Assembly: GCA_964187785.1 (NCBI GenBank)
Contig: OZ076409.1
Coordinates: forward strand, 64,606,001 to 64,670,000
Direction: 5' to 3'
Source: Amphiscolops sp. MND2022
Taxonomy: Eukaryota
Length of the DNA stretch: 64,000 nt
The notes beneath the pieces are model-generated. The model did not search any database. It saw only the letters and a list, made by a program, of their open reading frames with translations, and had not been told where the DNA came from. Made by a program: the position numbers and the translations under genes. Numbering within the stretch: the stretch's first letter is position 1; every line of letters starts with the position of its first letter. This document shows positions 24,307 through 36,440 of this stretch, piece by piece.

Positions 24307-25538
24307 AGTCACACAGTGTCAAAATTGACTAAGGGGTGGCATTGGTCTCATTCATTGTTTAATTCAGTAAAAAATGTCGGAGAATTAAAGGGGATCTTTT
24401 GGCATCCCTGGATACACTTTAGATCTGGGCCTATTTGAAATAATTCCAAAACAGTCGTACAGCGGACGCTGCGGTCTCGCCTACCTTTACAAACACAAAA
24501 TTTTCTCCATCAAGAGATGCGACCCCACTAACACCTGATTCCCAGCCTCAGCCACCACAGGCGGATAGCCGCTCTAACCGCTGGGCCAAGTGGACGATTC
24601 AGGCAGAAACTGTTGGAAAAAGCAGAATGCCGGTAAAACGAATAAAAGATTTATTTTCCTAAGGAGACGAATAAGAATTAATCTTTCGGCTTAGCGAAAG
24701 TATTGTTAACTAAAGGACTTTGTTAACTGAAGAAGTATTGTTAACTGATCTTGGAAAGAAGTGCAAAGCTATGAAATTTGATTGTAGAACAACTGAGTAC
24801 AAGGGCGGATTTATTTAAAGGGGGTGCGGGGAGGGCCCCCCATTTAATATGTAACTTCTAATTTGAACACAGAGGCGAAGCCGTGCTTCGCAAACACTTG
24901 CGAACTTTTGAAGAAAACCAAATAAGCAATATCATACGGAAAACCAAGGGTAATAAAAGGAGATTAAAATTTCATCAATTTTACAGCGCCAAAAAATACC
25001 CGAAGGGATACGCGTAAGCCTCGAAAACCATTCTTTCCCGACTGAAAACAGCAAAAAACCCACTCTTTCTCAACGGAAAACCTTAAACAGAAAATAGAAA
25101 AAAAATTTCAAATGAAAAACATTTTTGATGGTCTCCGGTAAGTCGCAAAGCCTTGAGGAGTCCTCTCGCAAAACGTTTCGTTTCTTGTGAAAATTGAGCA
25201 GGGGCTTCGGTGAAAACAAATTTTAAAAAAGTCGCATAGAAAAAAGATCGGTCTTTAAAAAAACGGTCTTTTAAAACTAAAAATTGAGAAAAAATTTTCC
25301 GAAGTTTTTCGAATTTTTTTGAAGTTTCCGCTAAGTCGCATAGTGCCGAAAAATGTGAAAAAGGGACCCTTTAGGATTTTATAACATTCGTTCTCTTGCA
25401 AAATATCAAAAAAATTGAAAGGAGGACTCTTTGGGGACATTTAAAAAATTTCGAAAAAAAGTCTCACAAAGCCGAAAAGTCTCATAGTGCCGAAAAAAGT
25501 CAGAACCTTCTGCTTCGGAATACTTGTAAAAAAATTTG

Positions 25539-25610
25539 CGCATACCCACGGGTTCGAACACGAAACCTCTGGGTTGAGAAGCAAGCCTCTTACCACTAGA
25601 CCACGAACGC
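25539..25610 (-). pseudogene. tRNA-derived sequence (Glu-CTC-like pseudo-tRNA or SINE head) embedded in a repeat
   Basis: Minus strand GCGTTCGTGGTCTAGTGGTAAGAGGCTTGCTTCTCAACCCAGAGGTTTCGTGTTCGAACCCGTGG has A and B boxes, but the anticodon and acceptor stems pair poorly. Confidence 0.55.
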
Positions 25611-28590
25611 GTGAAACGTGCGAGTTGCCGCGTGAAATCAGAGAGTTGTCGCGCGGAAAAAAAAGCACCCGCACTTTCCCATAACACTTGCTTATCGCAA
25701 GTGTAATAAGATGAAGAATAATACCTTCTACTGGAGTCCTATTTGAGAAGCAGGATGGGCCAAGAAAGACTTACATCTACGGAATTCATTGACGTCCACA
25801 AAAACGTTCAAAATGATGTTGAAAACGTTATAACTATATTTGGTACGAAAAATAGGAGACTTGATTGAATTCATGCTTTTAAATTAGTGTTTCCAAAGAT
25901 TCTAAATACACCCTTGACTAGTACCAAATGGGACCAATGACGGGTCAGGGATTTTTGGGCTCAACCAATAACGATCGTCATCGGAATGACGTGACAAAAA
26001 CTCAATGCCTCAATGGGTTTATCGTCAGCTCCACAGTAGTGATTCTAAAAGAAGCAACATAGCACGCAAAAAGAAAGCAAATAAACAAATCTCATTGGCT
26101 GATCAACGTTTCACGCGCTCATTTCATTGGTCGAGAGCGATTTCCAAAACATCATTTGATAGTTTTTTTAGAATTTTTGACCCACTTACAATTTTTTTAT
26201 TTCAAAATAATTTTGACCGATTTTCAAACATTTCGAACCTGATATAATTTTTTTCTCGAAAGTATTCTAAATTGCATTAGTATGAGCTTGTGTTAAGTTG
26301 ATAAACTTCAAAATTTATCCATGCGTGCGACAATCATATCTTAATACATGTATCTCTGAAAAAGTTTAATTTTACAGCGCATTTTTTCTACGATTTTAAG
26401 ATGATTTCTAAATCAAAACATATCAAGGGCTTCAGTTAAATCAGGGGAGTCGATTGGACATAAAATTTCTAGCAAAAGTTCACCAAAAGTGAGAAAAACC
26501 TCAATTTTGTCCTAAATTTGACTAAAAATGGCCTATCGTAACTTCTACAATTTTTATCGCATAATCTTGAAATAAACATATTTGTAAACTATATAAAAAT
26601 CTAAGAAACTTTCACTTTTATCATTTTTCAGAAATCGCTGCTGTCTTAGAGATATTCGATTTTGAGATTTGCCTTTTGTTGCTTTTAGAAATATCACTAC
26701 TGTATATGATTTCTAATAGTTTCTCGGCTATTTTTGTAGTTTTCGTCGCTTTTTCAATCCCATTTCCTCAATCCAGTTAAAGTGACCAAAAAGTTCTTTT
26801 CGCCCAATATCTAAAGGGGGCCAAAGGATACAAAATTCCTGGCCCACTATACTTAAGGCGTGTGAGCTCTCAAGGAGGTTCGCATTGGGTAGGCATTACA
26901 TAAGGATCACCAAAAAATATTTGATTGATCTGTTGAATATACATCTACCTACTGTTGAAAAACTTATATTTCTAAACGAAACATCAATGAGCGTCACGAC
27001 ATGAACGAAAGACGCATGAATAAGTTCACCATTCTTTTCACAAACTTTCGTCTACTCGACAATTCATTCACTTGCTATAGTCGATTCAATAGTTTGATAT
27101 ATCCAGTTGAACAATGAAAATTGGGCTTTCGTATTTTTGGAAAAAACAGTACTGTCATATAATTTTCATAGTTGGCAGGAATCTGGAAATTGTTCTTTAC
27201 AAACTTCCGTTACCTGCTTGTGTTGTGTGCACGTTCTAAAGTTACATATCTCACCTAAACTTGGAAAGGGCAACTGAAGACAACTTGCTCTATTCTGTAC
27301 CTTGGCTTGAGATTAGTTGTATAGAAAAAAGAGACAAGTGCAAACTTGAGATCGGAGAAAATAGATGATCAACTCTTCATAAGATACAACTTTCACATCC
27401 TGCTTCCCAAACAATTTTTCTACACTTATCGACTATGAATCAAATAATTGCTTCGTATGACTCAAAAGATAGTCATTGACTTTTTTCTACTAAATTATCA
27501 TTATTTTCTACTAAATTATTGCTCCACAAGACAAGATTTGGTGACTTCTATCTATAAGAGAATTCTAGTATGCCAGAATTATAGAACTTTAACAGTTTGA
27601 GCTTAATCCATTTTTAGAATTTTCAGGTTCAGAACTCAAGTTCAGAATTTTCAAAATATTTCCGGAAAAAATGCAAGTGGTTTGGAACAAAAAAGCGGTA
27701 CCCCAAACTGTGAACAATTAACTTACAGTTAAGCATGACCAAGTTTGGACTTATTCAGACTCACGGAACTTGAGTTGGAAAATGTTCGACCACCGACGAA
27801 AATTGAATTGAACCGTTTTCAGCAAACCATTACAACATACAAAATGAACAATGTATTATAAACATTTAACTCACAAGTTGACAATGCAAATTCAAAAGAA
27901 ATGAGAAAAGATATAAATAGTAAGACGACTACTGATAGAATGTTGAACATGATATAAATCATAAACCGCACATTTGGACCCAAACACCTCGTTGGAAAAC
28001 ACAAGAACCAGTTGCTTTATCGTATGATGAATATCCACTGACTGCAATTTAGCATATTGTTCAAAAAAGTTCAAAACCCTTGCATAGACCTGAATTTTTT
28101 CACACAATTCCAAAACAATGAAGAATGTTTTATACAACAGTTTTAGATTTTACTGTAACATTTGCTAGTATTGAAGTGATCGAACTATCATATTGATGTT
28201 TGAGGCAGTGCAATTCTTTTCTGCAAAATAACATACCGTAAAACCCCTGGTTGAGTTTTTTGTGATTACTTTTGTTGACCTTTGAAAACAATTCTATAGG
28301 ACATTTATCGTAAGACCTTTATGAAGGTCAGACACTTTTTCAAACAAGGACTTTTCACGGCATCAAAATTTAAATCACTAAGTAGTTTATTATATGCACT
28401 TGATTTAGCTCGTTCAGCAAACGCAACACTGCATACTTTTCAACAACGTTACATCATTTCAGAAACTACTCTACATAAATAGGTCTCGTTTTCATTTCCT
28501 TAGAAGTGGAGCTAATGATCAGAAAATCATTTTCGATTCTATTTACCCACAATATGTATCAACTTTGAAAACTATCAAATAGTTTTTTAG

Positions 28591-29208
28591 CAGGGTTGGC
28601 AAAAGTGTGCTATTTTTGAAAATAACAAACTTACTGTAATTTATTTTCAAAAAATTCAATTGGCAATCAAACGACAATTATAAATTGAATTCTCTGAAAA
28701 AGTTTCCGACTTTTTCTACTCCGAGCAGTCTCCTCAACTTGCCACACGGAAATCTGAGTGTCGAGAACATACGTTCAAGGCCAGATGACGAGGGAGTCGC
28801 GCTCACAATAAATACTGCCAGTGAAACTGAATTTGAATTGAAACTTTTCATTCGCAACACTCGATTGCTGGTTTTTCAAAAAAAAGAATATTTTTTAAAT
28901 AGGTCCCTGTGGGGCAATATAGCGCACAATTTACACCGCCGTTAATTCGTCTCAGACTAAACAAAATTTCAATTACTAAGCATATATGACGTTTGGTATT
29001 CGTATTTGAATGCAGGTGAAACTCTCGGTGTACGATTGATTTATACTCGTTCATTTCAATGAACTCGGCGTACGAATAATGAACACTCATACGTTCGCTT
29101 CATCCCATACGAACCAAAAGGGTCGGCAAATAGGTCTTGAAAAAATTACATTCACGGCTTTTATAAATAACGTTGTTAGGTGAATTTCCTGTTAACATGC
29201 CAACCCTG
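28591..29208 (-). mobile_element. hAT deletion derivative retaining a remnant of the C-terminal dimerisation domain
   Basis: TIRs CAGGGTTGGCA/TGCCAACCCTG; imperfect 8-bp TSD TTTTTTAG/GCTTTTAG; ORF 28678-28860 reads PSSSGLERMFS...KLRRLLGVEK. Confidence 0.8.
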
Positions 29209-29299
29209 GCTTTTAGATTTCCACTTCGATGTTTTGTGCAGGGCAATTACATTACTAAGATAGCAAACTCAGGAAAACAAATCAAAACAATCAGCAGTT

Positions 29300-29905
29300 T
29301 CAGTGCTCCTTCTTTGATTTCTTAACAGCTCGGGGAGGGTTATGCCTCTCAGGCTTCGAAGTGGAACTTGCCGAGGAGGGGGTACCCGCACCCTTTGATG
29401 AGGGGGTACCCACACCCTTTTTAGCAGGACCCGCACCCTTCTTCTTGTTCTTACCCTGAGACTTGACAACTTTGTACCCACAGAAGGCCAAGATGAGCAG
29501 AAGGGGTACCAAGATGAGAGCCAACATCAGCATGACATCATATGGCTCATTGAACAAATATACCGATAGTCTAGTCATCTTCTCCACGACTAAGTGGGAC
29601 AAACTGCCTTGTTCGTACCTGTCAACAATACATTTAGATTTTTAACTGACTACCTTCAATTTCTCTGCTCTATTACATAATAACACACCATTTTGGATTA
29701 TTATAAAACACACCCAACATACCTCGCTAAACTACAAGCGACAGCGGATTTTTAACATGGTCGTATTTTCAGAGCGAACTTTCAAGTAAATAAATTATTC
29801 TTACCCTGCTGTTTTGCTCTTCACAATCTGCTCTATGGTTTCCTCTACATTTTTCGCAGCTTTTGAAGCTGTATTTCCGGTTGGAGGTGGCACTGGACTA
29901 CTCAT
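29300..29905 (-). CDS. SMIM15-like (UPF0542) small integral membrane protein, 2 exons, 139 aa
   Basis: Exons 29905-29805 and 29618-29300 (phase 2, GTAAG..CAG). EPYDVMLMLALILVPLLLILAFCGYKVVK resembles SMIM15 DPYGFL..ILALTPLF..SWKLAK; basic tail. Confidence 0.65.
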
Positions 29906-30253
29906 TTCTGCCAACTTCTGTCAAGCCAAATCAGCCAGGCACAAATCAGATGATCTGAAAACATTTTAAAGAATGAAACCGCGGACCAGCAAAAATATCA
30001 AATACAGTAACTGAAGATCAATGCTGAAATATCATTTTCAATAGTTTCTCAGAAATCAGTGAAGAATAAAGAAATATAATACGGATCCCTCCTTTTCTAG
30101 TTCGTTACTTCTCGCTCGTCCAGTTCATACATCAATCACATTCCGGAGGCAATAATCTTCTGATACAATGTCGCTTACGCTGCGCGACCAGCGCCATAAA
30201 AGGTAATCGCTGAAAGCCCACTTCCAATATTCGTCTCGTTCCGTCCAAGAAGC

Positions 30254-30816
30254 TCAACGATTAACTTTAGAACCAAATATTGACAAGTGGTATACAACAA
30301 TTCTACCGTAGAAGTCGGTGCTGCCATTAAAGAGGAGTCTCATTTTATTACTACAGGTGAAAGAAGTGTCTGAATCTGCCTCTCTGACGATATCAAAAAT
30401 TTGCAATTTGTTCGAATCTTCCGGATGAATACTGATTTTCTGGTCATCTATCAGAAGGAAAGAAAAGTCAGCTTTCCCAGAAAAGCCACCTTGAAAGCGA
30501 ATACAGATTCTTCTTACAGCAACAGTTTCAGCGAAGCTTATGCTAAAAAAATACAATATAAAAAATTTCAGATCTTTTTAAATTTTACTCAACTCGAGTT
30601 CTGTCGTTCAGATAATCGAAAACCGTTTTGAACGTGGGTATTAAATCAAGAAAAAACGAAGTACCTAATCCACTGTCTATTACCAGCTTCTGAGCTCCAG
30701 CACGTTTCTTCAACGCCGTCAGTAAGATTCTGCTTGCCATATAAAGACGAATTTTTCTGCAAAACACTGCTGACTCCTATTTGGTCAATCAAGGGATCCA
30801 AACATTCGCCCATCAT
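30254..30816 (-). CDS. NR2C2AP: Nuclear receptor 2C2-associated protein (TRA16) homologue, 2 exons, 146 aa
   Basis: Exons 30816-30665 and 30542-30254 (phase 2). Motifs VSSVL, YGKQNL.D..EETCWSS, QW, FQGGFS, PEDSNKLQ.F, TDFYGRIVVYHL. Confidence 0.92.
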
Positions 30817-31104
30817 CGACAATATCAACCTTCAATATAATATGGAATGCAAAGTTAGGACAGATACTAGTATCTAAAAAATAGCATCCACTAGTATATA
30901 CCAGTATCGATACTAATAAACAAGCGACCAACTGACCAAAGAACTCAAGTAGCGGGGCCTATTCATACAGCAGAAAATGAAAATTCGATCCCATACAGCA
31001 GAATTCGAATTACTAGCTTTTAGTGTTGTTACAGCCAGTATGTAGAAACTTGATTTATTTGGTTTGCATAGGTTGTTGTATGGTTCGCAGGTCTGCAAGG
31101 TTTG

Positions 31105-32470
31105 CATATTTGTTGTATGGCTCGGTCGCTTCGCTCCCTTCGCCAAGTAGCAACATTGAGGCATGGCCATATGGCACGTCGCTCCGCTTCGCTCCTGCAT
31201 TTAGGGCACTAGGGGTATGTGAACATATCTGACTACGTTATAATAAGAATTCCGACAAAATCTGACACGCGTTTTCATCATAGTGAATTCAATTCGATTT
31301 GAAATTTCAGCCAATCAGATTGCAGCATAAAGAAATATTCTGCTGAATGGGACCGAATTTTCATTTTCTGCTGTTTGAGACTTCTGCTGTGTGGGAATTC
31401 CCCCAAGTAGCTGAAATTCCAGTCATATTCACAATGAGGAAAATGAAGACAGCATTGCCTTCGCTGAAATCAAAGATTCTGAAAACCCTCATGAGCCGTG
31501 TTGTATACCAGATCAAATGTCCTGGATGCATTTCCAACTACGTCGGACAGAAAACCCGCCACCTTGTAACACGACTCCATGAGCACTCTCGGGTATCTAG
31601 CCATGTTGGCTCTCATCTCCTCAAATGTGGACAGATTATGGAAAATGTATCTGTAAAAATTTTGGATATAAGCAATCGCCCAACCAAGTTGCTGACCCTC
31701 GAGGCGCTCAATATATCCAGACTGCAACCGGGCATTGATCAGAAGGAAGAATACAGATCACGGGCGCTCACCCTAAGGGTGTAAAGAATTCTCTTTGTGC
31801 TATTAGCCTAGATTAATAACTCTACCTTTGCATTTTGTTTCCATGACATACACTCTTTTTTCCCTCTATCAGATATCATGGATGGGGGTCAGGGACATTT
31901 CGTCACCAGCTATTTGGGCGACAATATGGCGTCGGTCACATGGGCGACAAAAGTGTCGACCAAATGGGTGGATCAAATTGATCAATTAACTGATATATTT
32001 GAAGAGGGGTGGGCGGAAAAAGGTCGAAGGAACGGGACCGAAATACAGAGTTAGTCCTCAGGTCGACATACCAAAGTTTTGGAATGGGATAGAAACAACT
32101 CGGATCGAAACTTTTACAACGTAGTCAGATATGTTCACATACCCCTAGTGCCCTGAATGCAGGAGCGAAGCGAAGCGGAGCGACGTGCCATATGGCCATG
32201 CCTCAATGTTGCTACTTGGCGAAGGGAGCGAAGCGACCGAGTCATACAACAAATACAATAAAATTCGACCGCATTCCATTCGATCCCTGCAATTCGATCA
32301 AAAGGTTCGACCTCTGTCTTTTCGACCAGAAAAATTCGACCTATTTACAGCCACCCTTTGAAGAGGTTAGCATATTTGTTGTATGATTCGGTCGCTTCGC
32401 TCCCTTCGCCAAGTAGCAAAATTGACGCATGGCCATATGGCACGTCGCTCCGCTTTGCTTCTGCATTTAT
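31105..32470. repeat. Three copies of a ~100-135-bp CGCTTCGC-rich module (31105-31240 +, 32118-32256 -, 32370-32470 +)
   Basis: GCATATTTGTTGTATG..CGGTCGCTTCGCTCCCTTCGCCAAGTAGCAA..GGCCATATGGCACGTCGCTCCGC occurs in both orientations. Confidence 0.85.
31400..31784 (+). mobile_element. Penelope-like element 3' fragment (GIY-YIG endonuclease)
   Basis: VVYQIKCPGC..YVGQ.TRHL.TRL.EH ... LEAL.I...P. Confidence 0.85.
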
Positions 32471-33009
32471 GTGGCTACGTGGAATCAGGTCTAATGAAAG
32501 AGATCTATGAGAGGGGGACAAAACTGAGATCTAAATAAATTGATCTAAATTATCAGGTCGAAAAATCTCTTCTAATTTGATGTAATTTGAGAAAAAAAAT
32601 AAGTCAAGTAGGATCTAAAACTAGAAAGTGATATAAAGTAAAAAACGAGCCTCGGATATGTCCCCATTTCCTCTAGTGCCCCGCGGCCCCTTGGGGTCGC
32701 TTATATTCCTCATACATTGCATGTGCCCCACATTTTATTATCGCTTTCAGAACACATATTAGATCATAAAGGGGTTAGACCTAAGTATTTTAGATAAAAT
32801 TAGAACTGAAAGTTAGACTTAACAGTTAGATCTAATTCCATTAGACCCAAGCAATTAGATCAAAGGCGTACACTCCCACTTATGGCACTAAGGGTATGTG
32901 ACCATATTTGGCCATTTAGTCAACGGGACATTTGGGCGATATTATTGTCGCCGAAATGGGCTGAAACTTTTGTCGCTCAAATGGCTGGTGACGAATCGTC
33001 CCTGCTTCC
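31884..33009. mobile_element. MITE-like TIR element with GGGCGAC sub-terminal repeats, containing nested repeats
   Basis: Left end GGGGGTCAGGGACATTTCGTCACCAGC and right end GCTGGTGACGAATCGTCCCTGCTTCC are imperfect inverted repeats. Confidence 0.55.
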
Positions 33010-33015
33010 ATGGAT

Positions 33016-33495
33016 GGATACGGGACAATTTGCCGAAAGACAATTTGCCAAAAGTGACTCAGGGACAATTTACCGAATAGTTTTCGGCAAATTGTCCTTC
33101 ACGATCTGCAAATTGTCCCGTATCCTGTTTTTGCTCCTGCGAAGCGTTTAACATAGATTAGGTACTTCTCCTCACTTAATATGGGGTCATGTACGGCCAG
33201 CTCCCACGATCGGTTCGCGATCTCCGTTCCCGCTAAGTCTTTGCTCCTGTTCCACCTCCCTTAGCAAGATGGGAACATAAGCGCCCCAAGGGGCCGCGGG
33301 ACACTAGAGGAAATGGGGGCATATCTGACAGCCAAAAAAATTGTTATTTGAAAACGCTAGGTATTCGGCAAATTGTCTCTACAAAATTCGGCAAATTCAA
33401 AGGGACAATTTGCAGAAAAAAATTCGGCAAATTGTCTTTTACGTTCGGCAAATTGGGTTTCGGCAAATTGTCTCTCGGCAAAATTTCCCTAAACC
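33016..33495. mobile_element. MITE-like element with TTCGGCAAATTGTC sub-terminal repeats
   Basis: GGATACGGGACAATTTGCCGAA ... many TTCGGCAAATT copies ... CCCTAAACC; flanked by CATGGAT on both sides. Confidence 0.6.
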
Positions 33496-33707
33496 ATCAT
33501 GGATCTTCGTCATCAATCAAGTGGCATGTGTATCATCATGTTGGGGGGGGGAGGACTCACACCCGTGGTCTGCAACAAACGCAGGGAACCCCATACTAGC
33601 CACTATCCCGGTAGACCAGTAACAAAAATCCCAACGAACAAACTACTCATACCAGCCACCATCCCAGTCGATTGGTAGAAATTTTTAAAGCTGCAATGAT
33701 ATCGAGG

Positions 33708-36440
33708 TTTTTTTAAATATCAACTAAATGTATTGAATTTCTTCGAACGCACATCTGTCGCTCACAGTTCCTAGAACACAGGCCTCATTGCCGATCTGAA
33801 AAACCATTGAAATCCGCTGCTTCAAAACGCTGCCAGCTCGTTGATCGTCGTGCGAACGACAGAGCATTTTACAGAGACGCGTGATGAAAGTTTCACTGCT
33901 CTAGCCTAAAGAACCCTGTACTTCCAAGGCCACCGGTCGAAAAAAGTATCCATTGTCTATTAATTCGCGATACTCCTCAATTTTACGCACTTCAGCCTCG
34001 GTAGCAGTGGTTCGCGGGTTGCATAAAGAGCCTTGATTCAGGCGACTGGGTGCAGGAGCATCCACAACCGTGACATCCCACACCAGCTGTTTACCCATTT
34101 CCCAAGGAATCATGGTAATACCGTCTGAGCGTTTGCCATCGGTTCGGTACAGTCCACGCAGTTCGATCATTGAAGGCAATTCTAGAGATTCCAACGTCTG
34201 CTTTATGAGAGAATTGAGAGTAGCATGACGTGAGAAACGACCAGCACTCTAGGTGCAAGAAAGACCGTGTACACCGTCCCGTTCAACTCTTTTACCACAG
34301 TGGCACGTATGCGCAACGCAAAAGCTGGCTCCGAGACGTAAATCAATTGAAATATGAAATTGCCGGTCATCAAGTTTCAGGCCTAGGTTTTTACAAGTAC
34401 GGACGTTCAGCCATTGAGACCCGAATTTGCCTTGATGGGCGTTGAAAACTTTCGAACGTTTGTCATCCATTCTAGAAATCAATTCTTGGGCGGTTTTGAC
34501 GAAGACAGGTTGTGTCCAATTTTTCAGGGTTCCTTCGAGAGGACTTTCCCTTTCATTCATCAAACTCAACCATTTCTCAAGCGCTTTTGTAAATGAAACA
34601 TATTCGAATGTTTCCGAGAAAACCGTCGTGAGAAAGTCACTCGCACCAAAAGCTGTGGCCAAAAAGGCGGGAAGTGCTAATAACGATGCGGATGACACCC
34701 CAAGACCACCCATTTCAGCGGGCACAGCTAGCTGAGTACTCGAAATATTGTCGAAGTTCACGTTACACACTTTGGAAAGCCCGTTGCGTACGGGTTTGTC
34801 ATAATTTTCCAAGAGAGTTGGGTGATTAAAACATGTACTGGTTCTCAGGAATTACAACAACTTTGGCAGACTGAAGCAATTTTTCAACATAAAAAACCAT
34901 AGTACGCATCTAATTTTCCAACAATTCCATTTACTTTTTCCAGTTCATTGATTTTCTTTTCCAAAAGGTCTGCTTGTGAATTCGGGCTGAACGGTGAACC
35001 AAGAATGATAAGTTCATCTTACTTTGGTGTTTTGATCCCGGGGCAAAGTTTTTGGAAAGATGCTAAAATTGTCGATTGGCGTTTTTCAGTGATGTCCCCA
35101 AGGAAAAAAGTTCACATTTCGTGGGTTTAATTTTGAGTCTCAGCGTTTTTTCCGCTTCAACAATTTTTTTGAGATCTTTCAAATCGGTTCTGTAATCATC
35201 ACTCAAATTTCCATGGTCAAGGTACCATGAGTTTATTTTCGACTCCAAACTGTCAATTAGACTCTGAATGGAATCCAAAAACAAAGCTGGAGACTCAGGA
35301 TCTCCTTGCTGGGTCCCTCCACAAGATTTGATCACTGAATCACCGTAAAAAAACTTGGTTGACTGTACTCCGAGTGTGAGTACTTATTAATTTCAGAGTG
35401 TTTTTCAAAAATTTGCTCTAGCATAAATTGTCGGTTATTCGAATTGGAAGCGTTTTCAAAGTCAATTTACAAAATTACGTTTTCTTTGGGCTGGGAGCTT
35501 TCTATCAAACAACGGAAAACATGTGAGGCCAATTCAGCGCCCCTTTTGGTGCCTACAAGTACTTGTCGGCTTCCGTAACTTGCCTGACGTGTTTCGAAGA
35601 CATGGTATCCGGCGCATTTTGCGGATACCCGGCGGAAAGTATTGCCTAGCGCGATGGAACGAAGTCCTTCATCAGGTTTTTCAGCGCAATTAGTTTCGCA
35701 CCAAAGAAGTACGGCCGAAGTTCGAAAGGTACGTTTCCTTCGAGAATCACATTCACAAGATTTGTTAAAGCTCTGAGAAAATTCAGACCAATTTTCCTGT
35801 TCGACTTGGCAGTCAAAAATTTCAAAACTTGGGGCAAAATGCCATCTAACCCAACACTAGAGCCATTGGGGAAGGACATGAGAGCCTTGTGGACGAAAAA
35901 CTCCGAGGTTGAAAAACCAGCGATATTTGTGGCGTCCGGAACAGAGCAAGTTTCCCTTTGCGGATGTTTCAGCTTGAGGGCCGCGTTGTTGTCTACCGTG
36001 AAATCAGCAACCTCGTCGTCGCCTACCGCCATTCAGATTCCGGCCTTAACATTACCTTCGTCTAAATTAGTGCAAATGGAACGCAGTCGTTGGACTAACT
36101 CGCTTTCGTGCTGCAGTTTTTTGTCGCCTTTCGGTTTTTTCTCAAAGACACCATCCCGAATACGCTTGTTGATTATTGCACTGAGTGATAACCTCTGACG
36201 ATTACTTCCTCGAAATGGTTTTTCCAAACAACAGCTCAGAGAGGAGAGCAATATGCACCACAAGGCAATATATGTCGGGATTTAACAAATATCATTAATT
36301 TTAGGCATTGAGGTTTTTGAGGTTCAGCTAGAGGGATCCGTGAACTTTTAGGAACTCTTTTCAAGTGAACAACGCCTGAATTATAAAGGATGTCTGGTCT
36401 AAAGGTATCATCGTGACACTGAGTGATTTTGTTCACTAAA
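33708..36440 (-). mobile_element. CRE-clade non-LTR retrotransposon (RT + zinc finger + restriction-like endonuclease), degenerate
   Basis: FFGAKLIALK, GTQQGDP, WYLDHG, MGGLGV, LRLG..CHCG..HGLSC, DGKRSDG..PW..GK..VWDVTVVD..AE.RK..Y..PVALE; short A tail after the stop. Confidence 0.88.

Noticed and set aside
25539..25610. Functional tRNA-Glu gene
   Set aside because: The anticodon and acceptor stems do not pair properly, and the sequence is embedded in a repeat.
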